Below, piece after piece: positions 20,001 to 28,200 of a stretch of DNA of 41,409 nt. Source of the stretch: a bacterium. GTDB lineage: Bacteria > Hinthialibacterota > Hinthialibacteria > Hinthialibacterales > Hinthialibacteraceae. The DNA is taken from the NCBI GenBank assembly GCA_963663405.2, contig CAXXSM010000117.1, positions 1 to 41,409 on the forward strand, written 5' to 3'. Made by a program: the position numbers and the translations under genes. Numbering within the stretch: the stretch's first letter is position 1; every line of letters begins with the position of its first letter. The notes under the pieces were generated by a model. It was not told the DNA's origin. It saw nothing but the letters and a program-made list of their open reading frames with translations, and made no database searches.

Positions 20001-20291
20001 GATCGAATGGTCAGACGCGACTTTCCCACTATCCCAAATGGCGCCATCCCCGTGAGCCAAACGGTTCAAATCGGTTGAAACCAGGATCTGATAGGCGGTC
20101 TGTTCTTGGAATGCGTCATTTAATTTCCAAAACAGCCTGGGCGCGGGCTCATCGATCCCCATCGGATCCGTTAAATATTCACATTGGAGATGATAAGGCG
20201 CTGGAAGAAGCGCCGTGTTCTCCTCACAGGATGGATTCAGAGCAATGAATCCACCGATCAAGTACAATACGATACAAGTGGTCTTTGACAT
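17001..20291 (-). CDS. Alpha-L-rhamnosidase (GH78) with an inserted F5/8-type (discoidin-like) module
   Basis: CEYLTDPMGID, PTDCPQRDERLGWMGD, TTIWERWD and MNSFNHY; insert WIQIDLGEP...RYVRF...ALAEMQ. Confidence 0.93.
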   Translation of the reverse strand: MSKTTCIVLYLIGGFIALNPSCEENTALLPAPYHLQCEYLTDPMGIDEPAPRLFWKLNDAFQEQTAYQILVSTDLNRLAHGDGAIWDSGKVASDHSIHIEYEGAPLQSGNRYYWKVRAWNEKGEISAYSQPACWHMGLLHPADWKADWIGYPGKMTKGVQAHVGYHSAIEKSAERKKWIQIDLGEPTEFDALRLIPVQPFDYSKDPGFLFPIRFRIDVSNDPTFTEFEIVWDNSTEDVPHPGAAAQTYRFSPRTYRYVRFIVNRLTHRDEDNYGFALAEMQILNKGRVLSEGKSVNALDHIESNQWSLKHLNDGIIVTQTERFALPDPAPMLRKEFELKPGLRRAMVYVTARGLYELCLNGKRAGENILAPEWTDYTQRIQYQTYDITSLLQPGANTIGAILGEGWYAGLVGLIGPRLYGDQLGFLAQLEIEYEDGSKQILVTDESWKATNKGPIRAADIIRGEEHDGRLEMPGWSAPGFDDSEWLSAERLDDNGAKRTTQPNEPIQITQEIQPVQVTEPKPNCFVFDLSQNMVGWIRLKIHAPSGQRITMRFAEVLNPDGSVYTKNLRDNNRRDPVDYQKDIYICRGDGEEIFEPHFTYHGFRYVEVTGLPERPSLDDLTGCVIHSAAPLCGSFECSNPLWNQLMKNIAWTQRGNMHSTPTDCPQRDERLGWMGDAQLFSQAACFNMNMAAFFTKWRRDIEEAQAEDGRFSDFSPNPLMPKNQFLAAPAWADAGVIVPWRVYENYADTRILQRHYEAAKRWVEYVRSQSEDLIWVNGRGNNYGDWLNADTLILENWPKQGGNTPADVFATAFFAHSTELLSKMAAILGRDSEATGYLRLAKDIKASFCEHFLQPDGRITSETQTAYALALHFNLLPEKARQSAVKYLLEGIERYNGHLSTGIQGTNRLMLELARNGHTETAYKLLANRTIPSWGYTIDHGATTIWERWDGWVEGRGFQNPGMNSFNHYAIGAVGEWMYRHIIGINPDPMNPGFKHFILHPRPGGGLTYAKGSLETLYGTIKVSWSIENDELTLDLTIPPNSAATVFAPSSDLEFYEIVGAGSLPELKDRRDGCLVFSAKAGSYRIKTKYSSQPMN

Positions 20292-20629
20292 TCTCTCCAC
20301 TCCTTTTGTTAGATTGGGCTCTATACGTTTATTGGTCTAAGGCTTGTGGTTGCGCCTTACGCCGGTTTATCTGATTCATCATACAACCGGATTGAGATGA
20401 AATCATGATGGAGATAGCAGGAATCTCGTTGATTAAAGCGCTATTTTTTTTAGTGTGGGAAATATGATATTAACGAGTACTTCTTAAATCGATTTGGATA
20501 GGATTGGGGAAATTGTTGGGGAATATAATAAGGATTAATTTGGGATGAAATAATATAACTATTTCTCACGGCTGATTCGCCGTGTTCTTCTTAATTGAAT
20601 CACTATTTCTATCTAGCGTGTGTATTCGA

Positions 20630-20881
20630 TTACGCTTCGGATACGGTGTAGATATCCATACCACGCCGGTTGACGATAGCGTCATCTATTTTCACTGTTA
20701 CAACAACTCCTTGGGGAGCGCCTTGGTATTCTTCAACCAATCGCGCTTCTGAAATAATACGGATGGTTTCTATGGAACCTCTTGCGCTATCAACATCATC
20801 AACCGTTACACGGTCACCAATACGAAAAGAAACTTCTTTCGCGACATCAATCATTACCGTCTCCTTTTTAAAATTTTTCAT
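20630..20881 (-). CDS. Small hypothetical beta-rich protein (83 aa)
   Basis: Purine-rich RBS and a consensus promoter upstream; FRIGDRVTV..GSIETI pattern. Confidence 0.7.
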   Translation of the reverse strand: MKNFKKETVMIDVAKEVSFRIGDRVTVDDVDSARGSIETIRIISEARLVEEYQGAPQGVVVTVKIDDAIVNRRGMDIYTVSEA

Positions 20882-20911
20882 CCTTATATCCCCGTTTTTA
20901 AATGTAATTCA

Positions 20912-20939
20912 TTGACAGAACATGACAACTACGTATAAT
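20912..20939 (+). promoter_or_regulatory. Sigma70-type promoter
   Basis: TTGACA-N16-TATAAT. Confidence 0.55.
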
Positions 20940-20966
20940 GATAGACTTTAAGAGTCTGGTTGTCAA
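20938..20966 (-). promoter_or_regulatory. Sigma70-type promoter of the 83-aa gene
   Basis: TTGACA-N17-TATCAT on the minus strand, 56 nt upstream of the ATG. Confidence 0.65.
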
Positions 20967-21277
20967 GAGTATTTATATATAAGTATTATTATTTGATTAA
21001 TATTTTTTATGTAAATATACATTACATTTGACATTGAAAAGGGTAGAATAAATGTGCTATCGCTTCCCCCAATCCATCCAAGGGGAAGAGAATGACCAGA
21101 TAAATGTAACAAGCGGTATGGCGGAGTAGAGTTTCTTGTAGACGGAACGTTATATTTTCGTTTTAGAGCCTCTAGGAATCTCCTTGTTGTATACTCTATA
21201 ATGACATTTCAATTTTTTACCGCTTCAACAATAGAGATAAGTGATTGGTTGATTAAAACGTATTGATAGATGGAAGA

Positions 21278-21961
21278 ATGACGGTCGATAAATTTCTAAC
21301 CATAAGAGAAGTTGGAGACATTCTTCAGGTCAACGAACGGACGATTCTGCGGTTGATCCAGGCGAATAAAATCCCTGCGCTCAAAGTCGGCAATCAATGG
21401 CGCTTTTATCCCATTCAACTGGAGAACTGGGTTCTTAACGGAGGGAAAGTCGATTCCTCTGAAATGAGCCAAGAAGAGAACTGGGAATCGGATCAAGAGT
21501 TTCGAGTCTTTTCCACGAACCGGACGTTGTTGGATTTGAACGTGTCTTCCAGTGAAGAGGCCATTGAGGCAATGGTCGGCGTGTTGGCGGATACGGGCCA
21601 TTTGCTTCAGCGGGAGCTCTATTATGAAGCGGTGCTCAAACGGGAACGGACATCGACGACAGGGATCGGGAATGGAGTGGCGCTGCCTCACGCGTGGCAT
21701 CCAATCAACGATCTCTTTCGGGTTCCTTTGATCGTAAGCGCCCGGCTGAGCGATCCCGTTGATTTCGATTCTATCGATGGAAAACCGGTCGATTTAATCT
21801 TCTTGCTTTGCGCGCCCCGCAGCCGCGCGCATTTAAAATTGATTTCTTCCATGTCCATCCTGCCGAATAGTCCCCGGATCCTCGGCGAGTTGCGCGCTGT
21901 GCGGAAGGCGGGCGATTTCGTGGAAATTCTCGATGAGGTGACCCAAGGCAAACTCGTCTAA
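21278..21961 (+). CDS. ptsN: Excisionase-type HTH fused to PTS IIA (Ntr/fructose-type) domain
   Basis: FLTIREVGDILQV..TILRL...IPALKVGNQWRF; RERTSTTGIGNGVALPH with phospho-His; FDSIDGKPVDLIFLL. Confidence 0.9.
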   Translation: MTVDKFLTIREVGDILQVNERTILRLIQANKIPALKVGNQWRFYPIQLENWVLNGGKVDSSEMSQEENWESDQEFRVFSTNRTLLDLNVSSSEEAIEAMVGVLADTGHLLQRELYYEAVLKRERTSTTGIGNGVALPHAWHPINDLFRVPLIVSARLSDPVDFDSIDGKPVDLIFLLCAPRSRAHLKLISSMSILPNSPRILGELRAVRKAGDFVEILDEVTQGKLV

Positions 21962-22128
21962 AGCCTGCGCGTCTCTTATTAAGAGACTGATAGGAACGAT
22001 TCCCACAAAACAGTTTCTATATTATTTCAAAGAAAGCCACTCTTCACGCTTGCCTATTGGGTTTATAATTCAATGGGCAACTAAGACGGTTTTTTGAATC
22101 CGCAATCAATCTATTTCGTCCATTAATA

Positions 22129-23388
22129 ATGAAAACGATTCGGCAATACCAGATTTTAATATACCTCGGTCCACTTATCCTCGGCCTCTTGTTTGTCTGG
22201 CACTACCGGGAAAGCAAGCGCGCGTGGATGAAGAGCATGGTTCAATCCGGCGCGATCTTGGTCTTCGATGGAGGCACGGTGACTCGCGATGACATTCGTG
22301 ATTATTTTCAAATTCCACCCATCGAAGAAAGTCCGATTTTACGCGCGTTGGAGATCCCCCTGGAGGATGTGACGGGTCTCGACCGGGAAGAGCGGGAATG
22401 GTTCAACAATCCCGCTGGTCAATTGCTGCTGAACCGGATTATCAAGCATATCGCGCTGGTGACCTATCTGAACATACAGTTTGACGCGGATCGTTTTGAA
22501 GAAGTGGAATCGGAAGTCAAAGAGTTTCAAGAAACATTGATGGCCAAATATATGGAAAACGAGCTGTCAGAATTCATTCCCACCGTGACGAAAGAGGAGA
22601 CGCTGGCGTATTATCTAAAGCGCCGGGACCGATATTATCAGGAAGGCTCACGGTTGGCGCGGCATATCATGTTGGTCAAAGACACGTCCACCGAACAAAC
22701 CATAAATCCTTACGTCATTACACCGGAGATCTTAATGAAACGGCTGCGGAATGGAGACGATTTCCAGAATATGGTTACATTTTCCCGTTCCGACAGCAAA
22801 GCCAATTCGGGGGAACTGGGGTGGTTGCCAAGAGGCGCTCTCGCCCCGTCATTCGACCGGGCGCTCCGGTCTCTAACGATTGGAGAGATTACAGGGCCCA
22901 TTCAAGTTGGGGAAACCATCCATTTCATCCAGCTCTTGAACGAGCAGCCCGAAGGCATGCTTGCATTTGAGGATTGCGCCGATTCCATTGAGAAGGAACT
23001 AGAAGAGGAGAAACGGAAATGTCAACGGTATAAATTATTAAACCTTTCCGATGCTTTGATCGAGGCGGGAACGCCCCGTTCCGAGCGGGAATACCGCGAA
23101 GCGTTGATGAAAGCGGCGTACGAAAAAAAATGGGATCAAGACAGCCGCGTCGTCAAGCGAACCAACGCCTTTGCGCGATACCGCCGGGCGGATACTCAGT
23201 TCAGCTATCTCATGAAGCAGCGCGCGAAGATACAATCGTATGCGCGCAGCGCTGATGAATCCTGGACACTCGAATTCGAAACCGCCCGGTCTCTCTTGAA
23301 ACAAATGAACTGCCGCTTCCTCGTCAAACTCGATTTGCCTTCAAGTCCAGGACGGGGAAATGAATTGGATATGGAACACGACGGTTGA
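22129..23388 (+). CDS. Membrane-anchored parvulin-type peptidyl-prolyl isomerase (PrsA/PpiD-like)
   Basis: N-terminal TM; ARHIMLV, GELGWL, FDRAL..L.IGEITGPI and HFIQL. Confidence 0.85.
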   Translation: MKTIRQYQILIYLGPLILGLLFVWHYRESKRAWMKSMVQSGAILVFDGGTVTRDDIRDYFQIPPIEESPILRALEIPLEDVTGLDREEREWFNNPAGQLLLNRIIKHIALVTYLNIQFDADRFEEVESEVKEFQETLMAKYMENELSEFIPTVTKEETLAYYLKRRDRYYQEGSRLARHIMLVKDTSTEQTINPYVITPEILMKRLRNGDDFQNMVTFSRSDSKANSGELGWLPRGALAPSFDRALRSLTIGEITGPIQVGETIHFIQLLNEQPEGMLAFEDCADSIEKELEEEKRKCQRYKLLNLSDALIEAGTPRSEREYREALMKAAYEKKWDQDSRVVKRTNAFARYRRADTQFSYLMKQRAKIQSYARSADESWTLEFETARSLLKQMNCRFLVKLDLPSSPGRGNELDMEHDG

Positions 23389-23444
23389 AACGTTTATCGT
23401 TCCTTATCCCTCACCGATTTCACTTACTAAACGAGGTCAATGAA

Positions 23445-24146
23445 ATGCGTTATTTGATTCTATCGATCTGTCTGATCCCTTTCGCAATCAACGGCCAGGG
23501 AATGGAACCGGAGCGGCTGCCGCATTTACTTGGCAGTTGCAGCACGCCTCTTGCGGATAGTACCTATGAGAGGAAGCAGAATATCCGTCTGGCCGTCGAG
23601 ACAATTTCCGGAACAGTGTTGGTTCCCGGTGAGAAATTTTCATTTAATAAAACCGTGGGGAAACGGGAATTGAAAACCGGGTTTCTTCCCGCGCCCGCCA
23701 TCGTACACGAACATCTGAGACCGGTTGTGGGCGGTGGGATTTGTCAGGTTTCTTCGACTTTATTCAACGCGGTTCTTCTATCCGACCTTAAAATAGTAAA
23801 ACGATACCGTCATTACACGCCGGTCAATTATCTTCCTTTGGGGATGGATGCGACGGTCAGCTGGGGAGCGAAGGATTTCTCATTCCAAAACACCTCCAAT
23901 AGCCGAATCCAAATTATCGGCCGCGTGACGGATGAGACGATTACGTTTGAATTGTATGGCGATTCCCCTTTGGATGACGAACTCCGGCTTGAGACCACGA
24001 TTCAAGAATCTCCCAGCCCCCATGACGGCCAAGAATCCGAACCGGCGTTGGAAATCACACTGTACCGTATCCGCAACCGGGAGGGAAAACTCATCGAACG
24101 TGAATATATCCACCGGGATTTTTATCCGGCGAGAATCGTTAATTAG
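23445..24146 (+). CDS. Secreted VanW-family protein
   Basis: NIRLA..ISGTVLVPGEKFSFNKTVG, GGGICQVSSTLFNA, RYRH and YLPLGMDATV; signal peptide from MRYLIL (ORF track starts at 23385). Confidence 0.92.
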   Translation: MRYLILSICLIPFAINGQGMEPERLPHLLGSCSTPLADSTYERKQNIRLAVETISGTVLVPGEKFSFNKTVGKRELKTGFLPAPAIVHEHLRPVVGGGICQVSSTLFNAVLLSDLKIVKRYRHYTPVNYLPLGMDATVSWGAKDFSFQNTSNSRIQIIGRVTDETITFELYGDSPLDDELRLETTIQESPSPHDGQESEPALEITLYRIRNREGKLIEREYIHRDFYPARIVN

Positions 24147-24194
24147 GTAGAAGGTTGAAGGCTGAAGACTGAAGGGAAAGGCAATTTTGTTTGT

Positions 24195-24860
24195 GTGATG
24201 AGAAGGTATCTTTTTTATTTATTTATTCCAGTGAGTTGCGCTTGTCTTGCGCTTCAGGTGTTTGCGGCGCGGGGCGCCAGTGATGGTGATTTCAGTCCAC
24301 TTCGGGCGTATGAGGAATGGGTGGAAGACCGGGAGGCGCAGAGTCTTCCTCTCTTTGCCCGGCGGATCGTCACAGAACTACTCAATGGACAGAAATTGGA
24401 TCTGGATAGTGACCATGTTCCCTGGCGGCGGACGCGAGTGGGTGTATTTGTCACCGCCATGAAAGGACGGCGCGTGCGGGCCTGCGTGGGAACTTTCCAA
24501 CCTAGGCAGACTAGTCTCTCCGGCGCGATTATACGCCAATGCAAACGATTAACGGCGTCGGATCCCCGGCGCCGGCCGTTAGAAATTAATGAATTATCCG
24601 ATTTACGGTTCGTCATATCTTTGGCGGGACTTCCCCAGCCGGTGAACGATCCTCATGATGTGGATATATACCGTGAAGGATTGGTCATGGAATGGCAGGG
24701 ACGTGAAGCGGCGTTGCTGCCGGGTGAGGCCAAGACACTTGAATGGGGAATCCAGTTTTTAAAAAAACAGATTCATGTCCCAGAGGGTGAAATTCCACGC
24801 TACGCGTCGTTCCCGGTTCTCGTGTTGGAGGAATCCCGGAAATTGGATGAGATATACTGA
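24195..24860 (+). CDS. AMMECR1-domain protein with an N-terminal signal peptide
   Basis: GVFVT...VRACVGT, DPR..PL...EL and ALLPG. Confidence 0.88.
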   Translation: MMRRYLFYLFIPVSCACLALQVFAARGASDGDFSPLRAYEEWVEDREAQSLPLFARRIVTELLNGQKLDLDSDHVPWRRTRVGVFVTAMKGRRVRACVGTFQPRQTSLSGAIIRQCKRLTASDPRRRPLEINELSDLRFVISLAGLPQPVNDPHDVDIYREGLVMEWQGREAALLPGEAKTLEWGIQFLKKQIHVPEGEIPRYASFPVLVLEESRKLDEIY

Positions 24861-25077
24861 GCGCGGGCATAATCTGAGCTTTTCAATCCATATTTCGCTT
24901 TCAATGGGCTTGTTTCTGGTAATGAGAAACGAAGATTACGATCGCCCAGAGTATATATCAATCAGCTGGGTAGCAAGGGGAAGGCTTTTTTCTCCCCTTG
25001 CATAATTTCTGGAACTTAGCCAGGGCAGAAAAAAGCCTTGCCCTGGGTGCCCGCGTCGTTTCCGGTTCTCGTGTTGG
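24803..25077 (+). repeat. 26-bp direct repeat (24803-24828 and 25052-25077, one mismatch)
   Basis: CGCGTCGTT(C/T)CCGGTTCTCGTGTTGG occurs twice, 249 bp apart. Confidence 0.85.
24970..25046. repeat. Inverted pair of REP-like hairpins (REPIN-like)
   Basis: GCAAGGGGA-aggcttttttc-TCCCCTTGC (GTAG at its foot) and CCAGGGCA-gaaaaaagcct-TGCCCTGG; the loops are exact reverse complements. Confidence 0.6.
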
Positions 25078-25153
25078 GGTGAAGAAAAGTAGGGTAAGTC
25101 GCACTTTATCGGCCCACCGGGAATGATTAACATTTTCAGATCGTGTAGTTAGA

Positions 25154-25199
25154 TGTCCCAAAGGGACAAAAGAGAATTGCCCAGGATTTTAGTCCTGGG
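25154..25199. repeat. Double-hairpin REP-like element
   Basis: TGTCCC-aaa-GGGACA and CCCAGGA-ttttag-TCCTGGG. Confidence 0.55.
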
Positions 25200-25265
25200 T
25201 AAGGGGGAATGGAAATAGAATCTTATTCCAACGAGACATTTATATCCTTCCTAGGAGAAAAAATT

Positions 25266-28200
25266 ATGCGTCCTCATGCCACGATTCGTTTTCTCACTGT
25301 CATTGGATTACTCGTTTGTTGTTCCCTGCCGGTCTTCTCGGAGGCTGTCACTGTGTCGGGGACTGTTATTGATGAAAAGAACGAAACGCCGATCCCAAAC
25401 GCGAAAGTGGAACTGACCAACGCCAACGCTGGGACAGGATATTTCATCGGTTATACAAATACTGACGGCCGGTTCTCCTTCAGCGATGTCCGGACAAACC
25501 TTCCCTACGATCTAGCGGTTTTCGCGGAGGGTTTTTGTCCGTATGAGATGGAATCTTGGAGGATCCCAACCAATCAGCAGGTTGTAGATTTAAAAATACC
25601 GTTGATTCGTGGAGCGGCCGTGAGTGGAACGGTGACGCGCAGCGATGGCGAAACGCCTATCGCCAATACGAAAGTTGAACTGCGGTACCAGCGCGGAGAT
25701 TTTCGAATGCTGGATACAACACAAACGCTGTTCACTGACGCGAAAGGAACATTTAAATTTACGAAACTTCCCCCCAATGTCTATTCACTCTCTATCGACG
25801 CGAGCGGTTTTTTATCGGAACGCCTTGTGGGTGTGCGGCCCCAGCCGGGGGAGGAAAAAGATTATTCGATCAAACTGTACCGGCCTGCGAGCATCAGCGG
25901 TCACATTACATTGAAAGATGATGGATCGGCGCTGCCGAATATCGAAGTCGCGGCGCGGGGCGCGTCGCAGGGGGTGGGAACATCCGACGGGAATGGTTTT
26001 TTCGCTATTGAACAACTGCGTCCTGGATCGTACAAACTGGTGAGTAATCCATCGGGATTTCACGAATATGAAAGCGCGGATGTGATCCAGCTCGATGAAG
26101 GGTGGAATCTGGAAAACGTCGATTTCTCGCTCAGCCCGCTTCCCCCTTCGATGTCTCTGAGTTTAACGCGGGATGTTTTTCTGCCTGATCAAGATGTGCA
26201 ATTCCAAGCGCGCACGTTCCGGATCGCGCAATATGAGAGCCGGATTTATCAATTGCCCGCTTCGGCGTTCTACAGCGGGGAACACGATGTGGAGGCGTTG
26301 TTGGAAGATGCGGATCTATCCTCTTTAACCGTGGCGCTCCAATGGACGGTGGACGTGGACTATTTCCAGCCGTATATCTGGTGTGACCGGGATTTAAAAG
26401 CGCCGAAAAAGTTGGAGCCGGGCGCCTATATCATCCAAATCGTCAATGAAGCAGACAAACTCGAACACCGCCTTCTCTTTTTCGTGACGGAATTGGGAAT
26501 CGTGACTAAGCGCGGAAAGAATCAAATCCTTGTGTACGCGACCAATCTCCGGACCAGCATGCCCGTTCCGGAGACAAAGATTCTGATCCGTGACATAACC
26601 GATCGAGGCCGTATTTACCCGAATTGGATCGCGAAGATGAGGGAGATGGCGGGTGAAGAAGTGAACTGGAGCGGGAAGACGGACAAGCAGGGTGTATTTG
26701 TCTCTATTGGTGACTATCCAAAAAATTCGGATGTAATCGCGATCTCTCCGGAAGGGCACATCGCTGTTTCCTCCATGCATAAGAGTTACTTGATCGAACG
26801 GCAATCCGCCACGATCTTTGTCTATACGGATCGTCCGATCTACCGGCCAGAACAGACGATTTTTTACAAAGCCATCATTCGCCAAAATGAGGCGGAAGGA
26901 TACCGGCTTCCCCCAGCCGAATCGATTGCGGTCAAGATTCAGGATCCCCAGGGGAAAGACATCCAGACGGAAACATTGACGATGAATGATTGGGGATCGA
27001 TCAATTCTTCGTTCTCTCTTCCAAAAAGCGCGCCGTTGGGGCGTTATTCCATTAACATAAAATATGGGAAAGCGGAGAATTCCATTCATTTTTATTTAGA
27101 AGAATATCGCAAACCGGAATTCAAAGTGACTATCACGCCGGAGAAACCATTTTATATCAACGGCGAGACGATGAATTTTCTCGTCCGGTCTGAATATTAC
27201 TTTGGCGCGCCCGTCGTGAACGCCAATGCGCGGTACCGGATCTATGAATCCGTGGCTTCGGGTGGATACCAGCGTTCGTTTCCTTCTTCCTACAACCGTT
27301 ATTTGTCCGGCGGGGAAGTGACAACGGACGCGGAAGGGATCGCGCGGATTGAATTTACACCCCGGCGGAGTTCCGTGGACCGGCAAATTTCAGTGGAGGT
27401 GGAAGTGACCGAAGCGTCGGGCCGCAGTGTGACCTCACAGGGATCCGCGCCGGTGGGAGTCGGAGAGTTTTACATCACCGCCCGGCCGAAAAAACATGTG
27501 TATGGTCCAGAAGATCAACTGGCGATTGAGATTCAAACCCGGAACCATGAAGACAAACCGGTCAGCGTTGAGTTGACCGTTGAGTATACCCAAGATGTTT
27601 GGAATCCCGTGCGGCAGCGCTATGTAAGACCCTCCCGCCCCTTCGCCAGCGTAACCGTGAAGACCGATGAAAAAGGAAAAGCGCTGGCGGAATGGCTTCC
27701 CGACACAAAAGAAGTCAACGGGAGTGTGGAAGTCGTTATCATCGGCAAAGATGAACGGGGGAACACGATCACGGGCTCCAGTTCGTGTTGGCGGATGATG
27801 AGCCGGTCCGGATCGTTTCACTATCAGTATCCCACGTTGGAAGGGATTTTTGACAAAGATTCCTATCAACCGGGAGAGGAAGCGGCGCTGTTGATTCAGA
27901 CCCAGTATCCCGAAAATCCCGTCATCTTGACGATTGAAGGGCGGGATATCCACTCGTATCAAGTGATCTGGCCCGCGGGAAAATCTACGCAAGTCAATAT
28001 TCCGATCTTGGAATCGTATTCACCCAATGTCTATGTCGGTTTGTTCATGCCGAGAGGGATTTATCTCTCCAATCGAATCTATACCCTATCTGTCCCCATC
28101 GAGCGCGGCGCCATGAACATTGAGTTGACGGCGGATAAAGAAAAGTACAAACCGGGGGAGACAGGGACGGTGAAAATCAAGACGACACTGCCCGATGGCG

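Noticed and set aside
20567-20584. CACGGC/GCCGTG hairpin as terminator of the 83-aa gene
   Set aside because: No U-tract on the minus strand; too weak to call
21278-21460. Excisionase-like HTH as a prophage or integrative element marker
   Set aside because: It is fused to PTS IIA, a known chromosomal architecture, and no integrase is present
23445-24146. VanW as evidence of a vancomycin-resistance cluster
   Set aside because: No vanH, vanA/B, vanX or vanRS genes; VanW domains are widespread outside resistance loci
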